A stretch of 46,324 nt of DNA, from the IMG/VR virus record IMGVR_UViG_3300005844_000013; one strand, 5' to 3'. Position 1 is the first letter of the stretch, and each line of letters begins with the position of its first letter. The notes beneath the pieces were generated by a model, which made no database searches, was not told the DNA's origin, and saw only the letters and a list, made by a program, of their open reading frames with translations. Origin of the DNA: a virus. A program made the translations under genes and the position numbers. Shown here piece after piece: positions 12,637 through 20,450 of this stretch.

Positions 12637-13655
12637 AGCTCCCCGATCGCACATTCACCACCGTCCACGCCGAACCAGGACCGCGCCCGCTGTGGGTTGG
12701 ACTATTCGGCCCGAGCGGTGGCGGCAAGACGTTCTCCGCGCTTCTCCTGGCGAAGGGCATTCAGTCCGTCGTCGGCGGGCGAATCAACTTCATCGACACG
12801 GAGTCCGGCCGCGGGCTCCACTACGCGGATCTCTTCGATTACGACTACACGCCGCTTCCGCCGCCTCACGGCTCGCTCGATTACCTCGCCGCCATCACAC
12901 ATGCCGTGAAGGGCAAAGGCGCGCGTATCGTCATCGTGGACAGCCTGAGCCATGAGCACGACGGCGAAGGCGGGATGATCGAATTCCAAGAGCGCGAGAT
13001 GGAGCGTCTGTCAGGTGGCGATTGGCAGAAGGCCGAGCGCGTCAAGATGCTCGCGTGGACGAAGCCGAAGGCCGCGCGCAAGCAACTCCTGCGCGGCATG
13101 CTGGCATTCGGGACGGACGCCGTTTTCATCCTTTGCTTCCGCGCCGATGAGCAATCCAAGCCGGTGAAGAAGGGCGACAAAACGGAAGTCATTCAGATGG
13201 GCTTCATGCCGATCGCCGGCAAACCGTTCGTGTACGAGGCTACAGTGTGCGCTCTGTTGATGCCAGGCGCGAACGGGGTGCCGACGTGGAATCCGGAGAA
13301 CGTCGGCGAGAAGCTGATGCGCAAGCTCCCCGAGCAGTTCAAAAAGATGTTTGCCGCAACAGAAGGGAAGCCGCTCAGCGAGGAGCATGGTCGCCTGATG
13401 GCCGAATGGGCGAAGGGCGGGGTGGCCGGCAAACCGCCGCGCCAGTCCCCTCCCCCGCCAACGGACAAGACGCTCGCCCAACGTGTCGACGCCGCAATCG
13501 AGAAGCTCGCGGAGAAGAACACGCACGCCGGCGTCAACGGCGTGTGGAAGGCGACCGAGGATCTGCGCGCCGAACTTGCCGACGCCCAAGAGGGCGCGCT
13601 GCTCGACAAACTGGTTGGGGCCAGAGACGATCGTCTTCGCGAGATTTCCAAATGA
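12633..13655 (+). CDS. Sak4-like / AAA_24-type RecA-fold ATPase (recombination mediator)
   Basis: 340 aa. Walker A GPSGGGKT and Walker B RIVIVDSLSHEHDG. Sits next to the exonuclease, as in phage recombination modules. Confidence 0.75.
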   Translation: MKLPDRTFTTVHAEPGPRPLWVGLFGPSGGGKTFSALLLAKGIQSVVGGRINFIDTESGRGLHYADLFDYDYTPLPPPHGSLDYLAAITHAVKGKGARIVIVDSLSHEHDGEGGMIEFQEREMERLSGGDWQKAERVKMLAWTKPKAARKQLLRGMLAFGTDAVFILCFRADEQSKPVKKGDKTEVIQMGFMPIAGKPFVYEATVCALLMPGANGVPTWNPENVGEKLMRKLPEQFKKMFAATEGKPLSEEHGRLMAEWAKGGVAGKPPRQSPPPPTDKTLAQRVDAAIEKLAEKNTHAGVNGVWKATEDLRAELADAQEGALLDKLVGARDDRLREISK

Positions 13656-13786
13656 CGAACAAACAGAAGAAGGCGCTTCTCAACCGCGTGTTCGATCCGA
13701 AGACGACGGCGAAGGAACGGCGGCGCGTGCTCCGATCCCTCCTCGGGCTCAATGGCAAGCGGGTCGCGCGGGAGTTGGCAAAATGA
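13652..13786 (+). CDS. Small basic hypothetical protein, 44 aa (MTNKQKKALLNRVFDPKTTAKERRRVLRSLLGLNGKRVARELAK)
   Basis: ATGA overlaps with both neighbours. Below the track cut-off as an independent ORF. Confidence 0.5.
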   Translation: MTNKQKKALLNRVFDPKTTAKERRRVLRSLLGLNGKRVARELAK

Positions 13787-14040
13787 TCGATCTGCACTTC
13801 AAGATGGTCACCGCCACGATGATGCAGCGAGGAGCCTATCACCGGTACGAGGTGTGGCGACACATGGAGTTCGTGGGTGAAGTGTTTCAGTTTGCACCTG
13901 ACGTGGACGCCACGACGCCCCGATGGCTCGCCCAATCGCCGGACGGTATTGTCCACGGTTGGCTGACCCGCATCCACACGCGAAAGGCGGCGGGTTCGGT
14001 GCTCGCCACGTACGCCGATAGGCCAGGGTCGCGCAGATGA
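13783..14040 (+). CDS. Hypothetical protein (85 aa)
   Basis: ATGA overlaps at both ends. This is the tail of track ORF 13483..14040. Confidence 0.6.
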   Translation: MIDLHFKMVTATMMQRGAYHRYEVWRHMEFVGEVFQFAPDVDATTPRWLAQSPDGIVHGWLTRIHTRKAAGSVLATYADRPGSRR

Positions 14041-14753
14041 CCTTCTACGCCCTCCTCCACTCCGCGATCCCCTTCGCTACGGACTTCCCGACGATCGTTG
14101 ACCAGTGCGGCGATGTGGCGCTCGTACGGGCCATGCTTCAGAGGGCCACATTGCAGCACCCGACAGGCGAACTGGAAGTGACCGAGACGTTGTTCAAGGC
14201 GTCCGCAGCCATGCCGAAGATCCCGCCCGAGCTGGCCCGCGCAGTCGAGCGGTGGAACGGGTCGAAGGTGCTGCGTCCGAATGTTCGGGCCATTCAGAAT
14301 CACGTAGGCCCGTATCGCAAGTGGAAGCGGATCAACGACGGACGGACGTACCTCCTCGAAGAGGTTGTCGTCGCTGCCGAGCGGGTTGTAGCGGCCGATC
14401 CGTTCTGGTCGTACCTAAACTTCGGTTTGCTGATGCGCCTCGACAAGGGCGGGATGCTCAACTCGGACAAGGTGCTTGAGGCGGCGGCGAAGATCGGCAC
14501 GTCGAGCAACCGCACGCCTGAGCCAGAGGAAGACGAGGCGACGCGGAGAGCAAGGGCCGCCGCGTTCCATGCGCCTAGGGTCGCGGGATTCATCGCTGAG
14601 CATGGCGATCCGGACCGCTCCGTCAGCGTGCGTGCGCTATTCAATGAATGGGCGGGCTCGCGCGGCGCTGGGGGAGTCTTCGCCGCACTCGGTTGCTCGC
14701 CGGCGCGTGACTTTTGGGACCAGTGGAAGGAACTTGCGGCGGAGGGCCGGTAG
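14037..14753 (+). CDS. Hypothetical protein (238 aa; no recognisable motif)
   Basis: Track ORF with an ATGA overlap to the upstream gene. The next gene's ATG directly abuts its stop. Confidence 0.65.
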   Translation: MTFYALLHSAIPFATDFPTIVDQCGDVALVRAMLQRATLQHPTGELEVTETLFKASAAMPKIPPELARAVERWNGSKVLRPNVRAIQNHVGPYRKWKRINDGRTYLLEEVVVAAERVVAADPFWSYLNFGLLMRLDKGGMLNSDKVLEAAAKIGTSSNRTPEPEEDEATRRARAAAFHAPRVAGFIAEHGDPDRSVSVRALFNEWAGSRGAGGVFAALGCSPARDFWDQWKELAAEGR

Positions 14754-15008
14754 ATGGGAAACCAGTACGGAAAGACCGTCGGCAAAGAAGAACGTGCACT
14801 TGCTTCTCTGCCACGCAGCGACGACGCGCGCGAGTTTGAAATCTGTTTCTTCGCGGAGCCTGGAAGCCTGCTTAGGGTCAAGGGCGTCAGGCGAATCTTC
14901 CAGATACTCCGCCAAGTGACATTCCGTTGCGGGATGTGCGCTCAGCCGGTTCTTGAAGAGGACATGCCGAAGCACACAGCGGAGCATGAGCACGCGCTCG
15001 GATTATGA
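14754..15008 (+). CDS. Hypothetical protein (CGMC...H..EH motif)
   Basis: 84-aa track ORF starting immediately after the upstream stop. Confidence 0.55.
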   Translation: MGNQYGKTVGKEERALASLPRSDDAREFEICFFAEPGSLLRVKGVRRIFQILRQVTFRCGMCAQPVLEEDMPKHTAEHEHALGL

Positions 15009-15036
15009 CCGCGCTGGACGCGCAGATGAGGATGGG

Positions 15037-15291
15037 ATGATGGACGGGCGCATTCTCGAATTTCGTATGAATGTAGAAGGCTTGTGTGCGGAGTGCAAAA
15101 TGGACGGCTACGCCCGCCTGACCGTCGGCGGCGTCTTCCATCAGTGGCGCCCGTCCGCTAACGATTTCTACTTGGCCCAATCGTGCAACCGCGGATCGCT
15201 CCTGCCGCGTCACGGTGCGAGGCTCAAACAGCGCGCGGAGTTGCCCAAGGATGCGGAAGTCTGCAAATGGTGCGATGCGAAGGAGAGTTGA
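15037..15291 (+). CDS. Zinc-ribbon-like hypothetical protein (CAEC...CKWC)
   Basis: Track ORF 14953..15291 trimmed to ATG 15037 (GAGGA upstream). An earlier ATG at 14986 is an alternative start. Confidence 0.5.
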   Translation: MMDGRILEFRMNVEGLCAECKMDGYARLTVGGVFHQWRPSANDFYLAQSCNRGSLLPRHGARLKQRAELPKDAEVCKWCDAKES

Positions 15292-15572
15292 TGCCCTGCG
15301 AAAGCATCCGTGTTGGTGACATCGTGACGATCGCATGCTCGCGCGGGAAAGCGCAACCGCGTGCTTGCCAGTTCTGCCGCGTGAAACTCTTCGCTGGCGG
15401 TCTGCTCTGCGACTTCGCGATCCCCGCGAACAAGAGCGGCACGTGCGACGCGTTCATGTGTCGGAAGTGCGCAAAACGCGTCGGCGACAATCGCGACTAC
15501 TGCCCGCCTCACGCGAAGATGCGTGACCCAAAGACGGGATGCGAGCCGGGCTGCGCCTGTGCGGAGGGATGA
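15291..15572 (+). CDS. Cys-rich hypothetical protein (93 aa)
   Basis: AAGGAGAG upstream of ATG 15291, with a TGATG overlap to the previous stop. 11 Cys residues. Confidence 0.6.
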   Translation: MPCESIRVGDIVTIACSRGKAQPRACQFCRVKLFAGGLLCDFAIPANKSGTCDAFMCRKCAKRVGDNRDYCPPHAKMRDPKTGCEPGCACAEG

Positions 15573-16138
15573 TGACCACCTACATCGGCATCGACGTAGG
15601 CCTTGACGGAGCGATAGCGGCGATCTGTGACGGCGAGTTAGGGCCGTTGCTCTTTCCGATGCCCACGTTCACCGTGGAGTCGCGACGGAGCGGCGGGAAG
15701 AAGCACCGCGTGATGGACGCTGCGGGAGTGATGGATACCATCGAAACGTTGCGCCTGCATCAGCGTGATATACACGTCTTGATCGAGACCGCCCAACTCC
15801 GCCCCGCCATGATCGCGAGCGGCCACGTCTGCCCACGATGCGGCAAGGAACACATGTTCGCTGGGCAGGGACTCGCATCGCAGGCCGAATTCATCGGGCA
15901 ATTCCGCGAGATTCGCGGCATTCTGCGCGGGCTCGGCATCCCGTTCGATGAGGTTCATCCTGCGACGTGGAAGAAAGACGTATTCCACGGACGCAGCGAG
16001 AAGATGGACGCGCGCATTCTAGCGGGCCAACTCTACCCCTCCGTCGCTCCGAAAATGGCACTCAAAAAGAACGACGGATTGGCAGAGGCACTTTTGATCG
16101 CTGATTACCTGAAGCGGCACCGCACGGCGCCCTTCTGA
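15569..16138 (+). CDS. RuvC-like Holliday-junction resolvase with an inserted CxxC zinc ribbon
   Basis: 189 aa from ATG 15569 (ATGA overlap). Motifs [18 protein letters not shown] and [15 protein letters not shown] in RuvC-fold order. Insert [10 protein letters not shown]. Confidence 0.75.
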   Translation: MMTTYIGIDVGLDGAIAAICDGELGPLLFPMPTFTVESRRSGGKKHRVMDAAGVMDTIETLRLHQRDIHVLIETAQLRPAMIASGHVCPRCGKEHMFAGQGLASQAEFIGQFREIRGILRGLGIPFDEVHPATWKKDVFHGRSEKMDARILAGQLYPSVAPKMALKKNDGLAEALLIADYLKRHRTAPF

Positions 16139-16148
16139 GGAGGAACGA

Positions 16149-16301
16149 ATGGCGAAGCTGAAGAAGTGGCCTGGATCGTACCGCAACCCGCAAAAGGTGG
16201 AGCTGGTCCGAACGATCGCGCCGCTCATGCCGCAAGAGGACGAGACGAAGGACTCTGACGCTGAGCGCTTTTACTTCACCACCGATCGGGAGTGGATGTG
16301 A
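16149..16301 (+). CDS. Small hypothetical protein, 50 aa (MAKLKKWPGSYRNPQKVELVRTIAPLMPQEDETKDSDAERFYFTTDREWM)
   Basis: GAGGAGGAACGA directly before ATG 16149. Below the track cut-off. Confidence 0.5.
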   Translation: MAKLKKWPGSYRNPQKVELVRTIAPLMPQEDETKDSDAERFYFTTDREWM

Positions 16302-16561
16302 GTCACACCTGTCCCGATTGCCAACAGTATTGCTTCTGCGATGGCGACGACACCTATATTGAGACGGAGTCGGAAACGTGCGATCACGAGTGCGCGCCGG
16401 AAGACATCGAGGGCGACTTCGAGGATTGGCCCAGGTACGAATGCTACGGCTGCGAGGACAACGGCTGCGCACTCTGCCTGGGCGACGAAGCGACCGACGA
16501 ACCGTCCGACCGTGGCGACCGCAAGGCAATCGACGAAGCGCTGGTCCGGCGACTGTTCTGA
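16298..16561 (+). CDS. Highly acidic, Cys-rich hypothetical protein
   Basis: GTG 16298 overlaps the upstream stop (GTGA); GTG 16292 is the alternative start. 12 Cys and many Asp/Glu residues. Last gene of the rightward block. Confidence 0.6.
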   Translation: MSHTCPDCQQYCFCDGDDTYIETESETCDHECAPEDIEGDFEDWPRYECYGCEDNGCALCLGDEATDEPSDRGDRKAIDEALVRRLF

Positions 16562-16594
16562 AATAGAAAGGGCGCCGACTTTCGCCGACGCCCT
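16560..16594 (-). terminator. Intrinsic terminator of the leftward late block
   Basis: On the - strand: AGGGCGUCGGC-GAAA-GUCGGCGCCCU. That is an 11-bp stem including 2 G-U pairs, with a GNRA tetraloop, followed by TTCTATTT. On the + strand the wobble pairs become mismatches. Confidence 0.6.
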
Positions 16595-16619
16595 CCATGT
16601 CAAAGCGTGCCACGCGGTC

Positions 16620-17072
16620 CTACGGCTGCTTACGTCCCGCATTCGTGCCGTCGTCGGTCACGTCCGCCGCGGGGCGATTTGTCAGGTCGGGCTGCGCGGC
16701 TTTCTTCGCGGCAGCGGCCTTGTACAGCGGCCCCTGGTGGAAGAAATTGGTCGCCTCGGCAGACGGGTTGGTGAACGCCTTGAACTTGCCTGGCTCGTTC
16801 GGGGCCGGTCCCCAGTTCCACACCTGACCGCCGTTCTCCACGGTCGCGGCGTTGATCGGATCGAGCGCACCCTCCGCTTCCTTCGCCGAGTTCCAACGTG
16901 CAGCGAAGATTGCCTTCGCGTCGGCGTCGGCAGCGAGCACGCCGGAGTTCAGATCACCGACCGAGGGGAATCCACCGCCGGTCGGGCTGGCGAGGATCTT
17001 GTCCACCTTCGCACTTAGATCGCGCACTTCCTGTCGTAATGCCACTAATAGCTCATGGGTTGTTTCGCTCAT
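16620..17072 (-). CDS. Hypothetical protein (150 aa)
   Basis: Track ORF with AAGGAG upstream of ATG 17072. Confidence 0.6.
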   Translation of the reverse strand: MSETTHELLVALRQEVRDLSAKVDKILASPTGGGFPSVGDLNSGVLAADADAKAIFAARWNSAKEAEGALDPINAATVENGGQVWNWGPAPNEPGKFKAFTNPSAEATNFFHQGPLYKAAAAKKAAQPDLTNRPAADVTDDGTNAGRKQP

Positions 17073-17087
17073 CGTTCATTCTCCTTT

Positions 17088-17420
17088 TTAGACTGTGGCC
17101 GTTCGCTGCCACTTGCCGCTCTTCACGTTTTCGTCTTCAATGCGCTGAAGCTCATTAGCCACCGCCATCAGTGCCTCCGCACGTCGCCGGATGTCGTTCG
17201 CGGTGCCAGGAATCGCGTTACTGGTAACCAGCAGAGGCAACGGTGCGAGGTCCAGTTTGATCACCGCGCGGTCGTTAAACTCGATCACCGTAGACCCGCC
17301 GCCAGCAGCATTGAGAATCCACGTGATCGTCGTCACGTGCCCCGCAAGCTCGCGGATCTCGCTGCCGTCGTCGTTGAGCAGCTTGGTCGTGTCAACGGTG
17401 CCTTGGCTGTAGATTCTCAT
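17088..17420 (-). CDS. Hypothetical protein (110 aa from MRIYSQGTVD...)
   Basis: Track ORF 17088..17639 trimmed to ATG 17420, which overlaps the lipoprotein gene stop (ATGA). Confidence 0.6.
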   Translation of the reverse strand: MRIYSQGTVDTTKLLNDDGSEIRELAGHVTTITWILNAAGGGSTVIEFNDRAVIKLDLAPLPLLVTSNAIPGTANDIRRRAEALMAVANELQRIEDENVKSGKWQRTATV

Positions 17421-17812
17421 GGCAGCAGGCCGCGGCTGCCGATCAGCGCCGATAGACGGACGATCATCAGCTTTCCATCGATCAGTAGCGGCGCACACGC
17501 GATGTGGATGTCTTCCGGCACGCCATCCTTGAACCGATCGAGCTTCACGTACGCCTTGGCGTAGGCGCTGAACACGCCGACAACGGCGGGCTCCGTCGTT
17601 GCTTCCTTGTCGGCATACTTCAGCAGCACGCCGGTGCAATTGGCGAGCGCCGTTGCGTTGTGCTGCTCGGCGATCGTGTGGGCGGCAAGGAGATCAGCGG
17701 TCGTGAATTGCGCGAGCGTCTGAGTCGTGCCGTCTGCGGCCTTGCGATTGAACATCGTGCTACAGGATGAGAGGAAGAGAACTGCGATTGCTGTTGCGAC
17801 TATTCGTTTCAT
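17417..17812 (-). CDS. Lipoprotein (signal peptide plus lipobox LSSC)
   Basis: 131 aa. MKRIVATAIAVLFLSSC matches a signal peptidase II lipobox. ATGA overlaps with both neighbours. Confidence 0.7.
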   Translation of the reverse strand: MKRIVATAIAVLFLSSCSTMFNRKAADGTTQTLAQFTTADLLAAHTIAEQHNATALANCTGVLLKYADKEATTEPAVVGVFSAYAKAYVKLDRFKDGVPEDIHIACAPLLIDGKLMIVRLSALIGSRGLLP

Positions 17813-17970
17813 GTGGCTCCTTTCGTGAGCATCATCTTATTGGCCGCTACTTTGATTCGCTTCAGGTGCGGAACGCGCCGAGTCGTCCCGCTGCCCAGTC
17901 GACGACAGGGGCGACCGTTCGCCGCATCGCATGCCGGACATTTGAACGATAGCACCGGCTCTGATTTCAT
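17809..17970 (-). CDS. Small zinc-finger protein (53 aa; CPACDAANGRPC...H)
   Basis: Track ORF 17809..18075 trimmed to ATG 17970, preceded by AAAGGAGGAGGG. The stop overlaps the lipoprotein ATG. Confidence 0.55.
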   Translation of the reverse strand: MKSEPVLSFKCPACDAANGRPCRRLGSGTTRRVPHLKRIKVAANKMMLTKGAT

Positions 17971-18172
17971 CCCTCCTCCTTTCGCGGCGGGTGTTCCGCC
18001 GAAGCTCTCGATGCGTGATTGTGGACCGGTTGTGGTGGGCCGGTTCCCGCTGAACGTTGTCTTGCTGGCGATCAACCCAGTAGCCCCAACGAAGCGCCGT
18101 GTACAGTGGCGGTCCTAGCCGACGTTGCCGACATTCGCTGTCAACCCCGCTTGCCACGCCGCAATCACGCAT

Positions 18173-18370
18173 TCAAAGATCCGACTTCCTTGGTGGCCCG
18201 CAACGCATCGTCAGCGGATGCATTCCTGGTGTCCCGCATGGACACGTTTCGGATGGCCGCAACAACGGCTGATCGTTGCATTCACAATCCTCCGTAGCGG
18301 GCTCGAAATGGTCCAGCGTGAACCTGACGGACTTCCCGCAATTCGGGCAACGATTCACGAGAACAACCAC
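18173..18370 (-). CDS. Zinc-ribbon protein (CPNC...CEC...CPC)
   Basis: 65-aa track ORF with eight Cys residues in paired motifs. Confidence 0.55.
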   Translation of the reverse strand: MVVLVNRCPNCGKSVRFTLDHFEPATEDCECNDQPLLRPSETCPCGTPGMHPLTMRCGPPRKSDL

Positions 18371-18380
18371 GCGAGCAGCT

Positions 18381-18647
18381 TCACCATGCCACCTCTATTT
18401 CTTCTCGGAATTTCGCTGCCCACGACGCGATGACGGCCCGAGCGAATACGTTGATGTCGATCGCCAGCGCGCGCGATAATCCGCAAACCACGCCAGCAGA
18501 CGGAAGCCGCGTTCCTCGCTCCAATTCGGAGAGGTAGGACGTGGAGACGTCGGCCTTTTCGGATAGCCTTCCAAGGGTGAATTGTCGCTTGGTGCGCGCC
18601 GCCTTAAGGGCTTCGCCGAAGGCGTTGAGTTTCGGTCTTACGCTCAT
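18381..18647 (-). CDS. XRE-family helix-turn-helix transcriptional regulator
   Basis: 88 aa from ATG 18647. QFTLGRLSEKADVSTSYLSELERGTRLPS is a classical Cro/CI-type HTH. Confidence 0.8.
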   Translation of the reverse strand: MSVRPKLNAFGEALKAARTKRQFTLGRLSEKADVSTSYLSELERGTRLPSAGVVCGLSRALAIDINVFARAVIASWAAKFREEIEVAW

Positions 18648-18689
18648 TTGCGGAACATCGTAAATCCGAAACCGCAAAAGCGCAAGCCC

Positions 18690-20108
18690 TCACCGGATCG
18701 TGATCGCCTTCGCCGCCACCGGCACGCTCGCCGTCACGCTCACCGTGAACGTCCCCGCCGAGCCGTAGATGTGCTGACCGGTGCGGGAACACAACGTGGT
18801 GAACGTCGGCGACGAATCGCCGAACCGCCAGACGCAATTCCCGCCAATCGGCGGCTGCACCTGGAAGAACATGAACGCGCCGACCATCGGATTGCTCAGG
18901 GGGTCAACCACGATCGCGGCGGCAGACGTTGGGACGGGAACGGGGACCGGAACCGGCACTGGCGCTGGCTGCGGGGCTGGCTGAGGCACCGGCGCCGGTT
19001 GGGGGCATGGGCACATCGGGACTGGCGTGGACGCGGGCGTGAGTACCGCCTGGGGCTGCGGTGCGGGCACAGGAACCGGCGCGGCGACGATCTCGTAAAC
19101 GTCCGTCAGTCCGATCGCGGCGGCGACGAGGTACACCTTCCCGCCCGTCGCGAAGATCGCCACATCGCAGCCGAGCCCCAAAGTGTCGAGTCCCGACTGC
19201 GCCGGCGTGGCGAAGGTCTTGTCCGGATTGCGGGAGTAGTAGAGGCGGAAGAACCCGCCGAGTGGGACCTCGCTGCCATCCGAGCGGAAGAGGCGGAGGT
19301 CGGCCCCGAGACCATCCCTTCGCTGGCCGTAGATGGCGGTGTAGCCCTCACCTGTCGAGACTCCAGGGAGGAAGTACGCGTCGAGCAACGAGGCGAGGGC
19401 CGCCGGCGCGTTGCGGCTCGTATCCGGCGGGACCGGTCCCGGCAGCGCATCAACGCGGTCGACCCCATCAGGCCTCATGCGGTAGCGCGCCGTGCCGCCG
19501 CCGTCCGATGAGGCGATGGCGAAGTAGACGCCTCCGATTTTGACGGCGCGGATCGCGGTCGCCACCGGATCCCCGGTGATGGTGCTCGACGGGACGATGG
19601 CGATCGGCTGGAGGTTCGTCCCGAGGAATGCCGTGCCCATCATCGTGGCCGCGACGTAGACGACGCCGCGATCGTCGATGTCGACCTCCTGCAGCGGCTC
19701 GCGGACGTCGACCCCGGGCTGTGGCAACCACCAACCCTGATCCGGACCGAGCATCAGCTCGCGACTCGCAGTGTTGCGCACCGTCCACGTCATCTGCTCG
19801 CCGGACGCCATCCGTTGCAGGAGCCGCGAGAGCTTGTAGTCCCCGATCGCGGAGCCGAAGCCGATGACGATCGTGTCGAGCGGCACGGACACGCGGACAC
19901 GGCGGCCACGCATGGCAGACGGCCCCATGACGCCCTCGGGGGTGTCGTGCGAGTCGAGCACGCGGCCGACAAAGCGGAGGGTTGGAGGGACGGCTACGGT
20001 GCGTCGGCCGTCAGCGGTGTTCGCGCCCGGTTTGGGCCATGGCTGGCCGTTGACCTGGAGAGCAACGAAAAGAAAGAGGATCGTGGTGACGAATCGAAGT
20101 TTCTTCAT
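18690..20108 (-). CDS. Secreted protein: signal peptide, repeat-rich beta (propeller-like) region, Pro-rich linker, C-terminal PKD-like domain
   Basis: 472 aa from ATG 20108. Signal peptide MKKLRFVTTILFLFVALQVNGQ. Linker PVPVPAPQPQ...PAPVPVPVPVPVP. PKD-like CVWRFGDSSP...HIYGSAGTFTVSVTA. Confidence 0.7.
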   Translation of the reverse strand: MKKLRFVTTILFLFVALQVNGQPWPKPGANTADGRRTVAVPPTLRFVGRVLDSHDTPEGVMGPSAMRGRRVRVSVPLDTIVIGFGSAIGDYKLSRLLQRMASGEQMTWTVRNTASRELMLGPDQGWWLPQPGVDVREPLQEVDIDDRGVVYVAATMMGTAFLGTNLQPIAIVPSSTITGDPVATAIRAVKIGGVYFAIASSDGGGTARYRMRPDGVDRVDALPGPVPPDTSRNAPAALASLLDAYFLPGVSTGEGYTAIYGQRRDGLGADLRLFRSDGSEVPLGGFFRLYYSRNPDKTFATPAQSGLDTLGLGCDVAIFATGGKVYLVAAAIGLTDVYEIVAAPVPVPAPQPQAVLTPASTPVPMCPCPQPAPVPQPAPQPAPVPVPVPVPVPTSAAAIVVDPLSNPMVGAFMFFQVQPPIGGNCVWRFGDSSPTFTTLCSRTGQHIYGSAGTFTVSVTASVPVAAKAITIR

Positions 20109-20121
20109 CGGCGCCGAGTGT

Positions 20122-20149
20122 AACAAAAACGCCGCCCTTTCGAGCGGCG
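20122..20149 (-). terminator. Intrinsic terminator 13 nt upstream of the start codon of 18690..20108
   Basis: On the - strand: CGCCGCUC-GAAA-GGGCGGCG. That is an 8-bp stem with a GNRA tetraloop, followed by TTTTTGTT. Same design as the terminator at 16560..16594. Confidence 0.65.
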
Positions 20150-20264
20150 CCGACTCCCCAAAGTCGATTGCTGACGTCCCGCGTATCGGGAATGTTCAAC
20201 AACTTGTTGGGAAAATTAAAAGAGCGAGAACATCGATCGCTACGCGCGCAACGTGGCAGCGATT

Positions 20265-20450
20265 CTACCGCAACTTCGCCGGGACATGCACCAGCCCGAG
20301 GTAGCCGAGAATCCAGAGCACCAGCAGAATGACGACGATGGCGATCACCACTTGCTTGAACGGCTCAGCGAGCGGAACAAAACGCAGCAGAAGCCACAGG
20401 CAGAACCCGATCACGATGAGCACGAGGATGATGGTCACGATTCCGGTCAT
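20265..20450 (-). CDS. Small two-TM membrane protein (holin candidate)
   Basis: 61 aa with two hydrophobic helices and a short basic C-terminus. ATGA overlap with the upstream membrane protein. Two genes downstream of the endolysin. Confidence 0.6.
   Translation of the reverse strand: MTGIVTIILVLIVIGFCLWLLLRFVPLAEPFKQVVIAIVVILLVLWILGYLGLVHVPAKLR

Noticed and set aside
17837-18172. 111-aa - strand ORF (MRDCGVASGVDSECRQRR...) whose ATG directly follows the stop of 18173..18370
   Set aside because: Its C-terminal two thirds are Arg-rich. It overlaps the SD-preceded zinc-finger gene 17809..17970 out of frame. The first ~40 codons could be real, so an assembly indel or a frameshift joining it to the 17809..18075 frame is possible. 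I cannot decide from sequence, which leaves 17971..18172 unassigned.
18582-19788. ORFs 18582..19511 (+), 19061..19543 (+), 19106..19468 (-) and 19468..19788 (-) overlapping the secreted PKD protein gene
   Set aside because: Arg/Gly-rich shadow frames of a GC-rich gene. The chosen frame has a signal peptide and a PKD motif.
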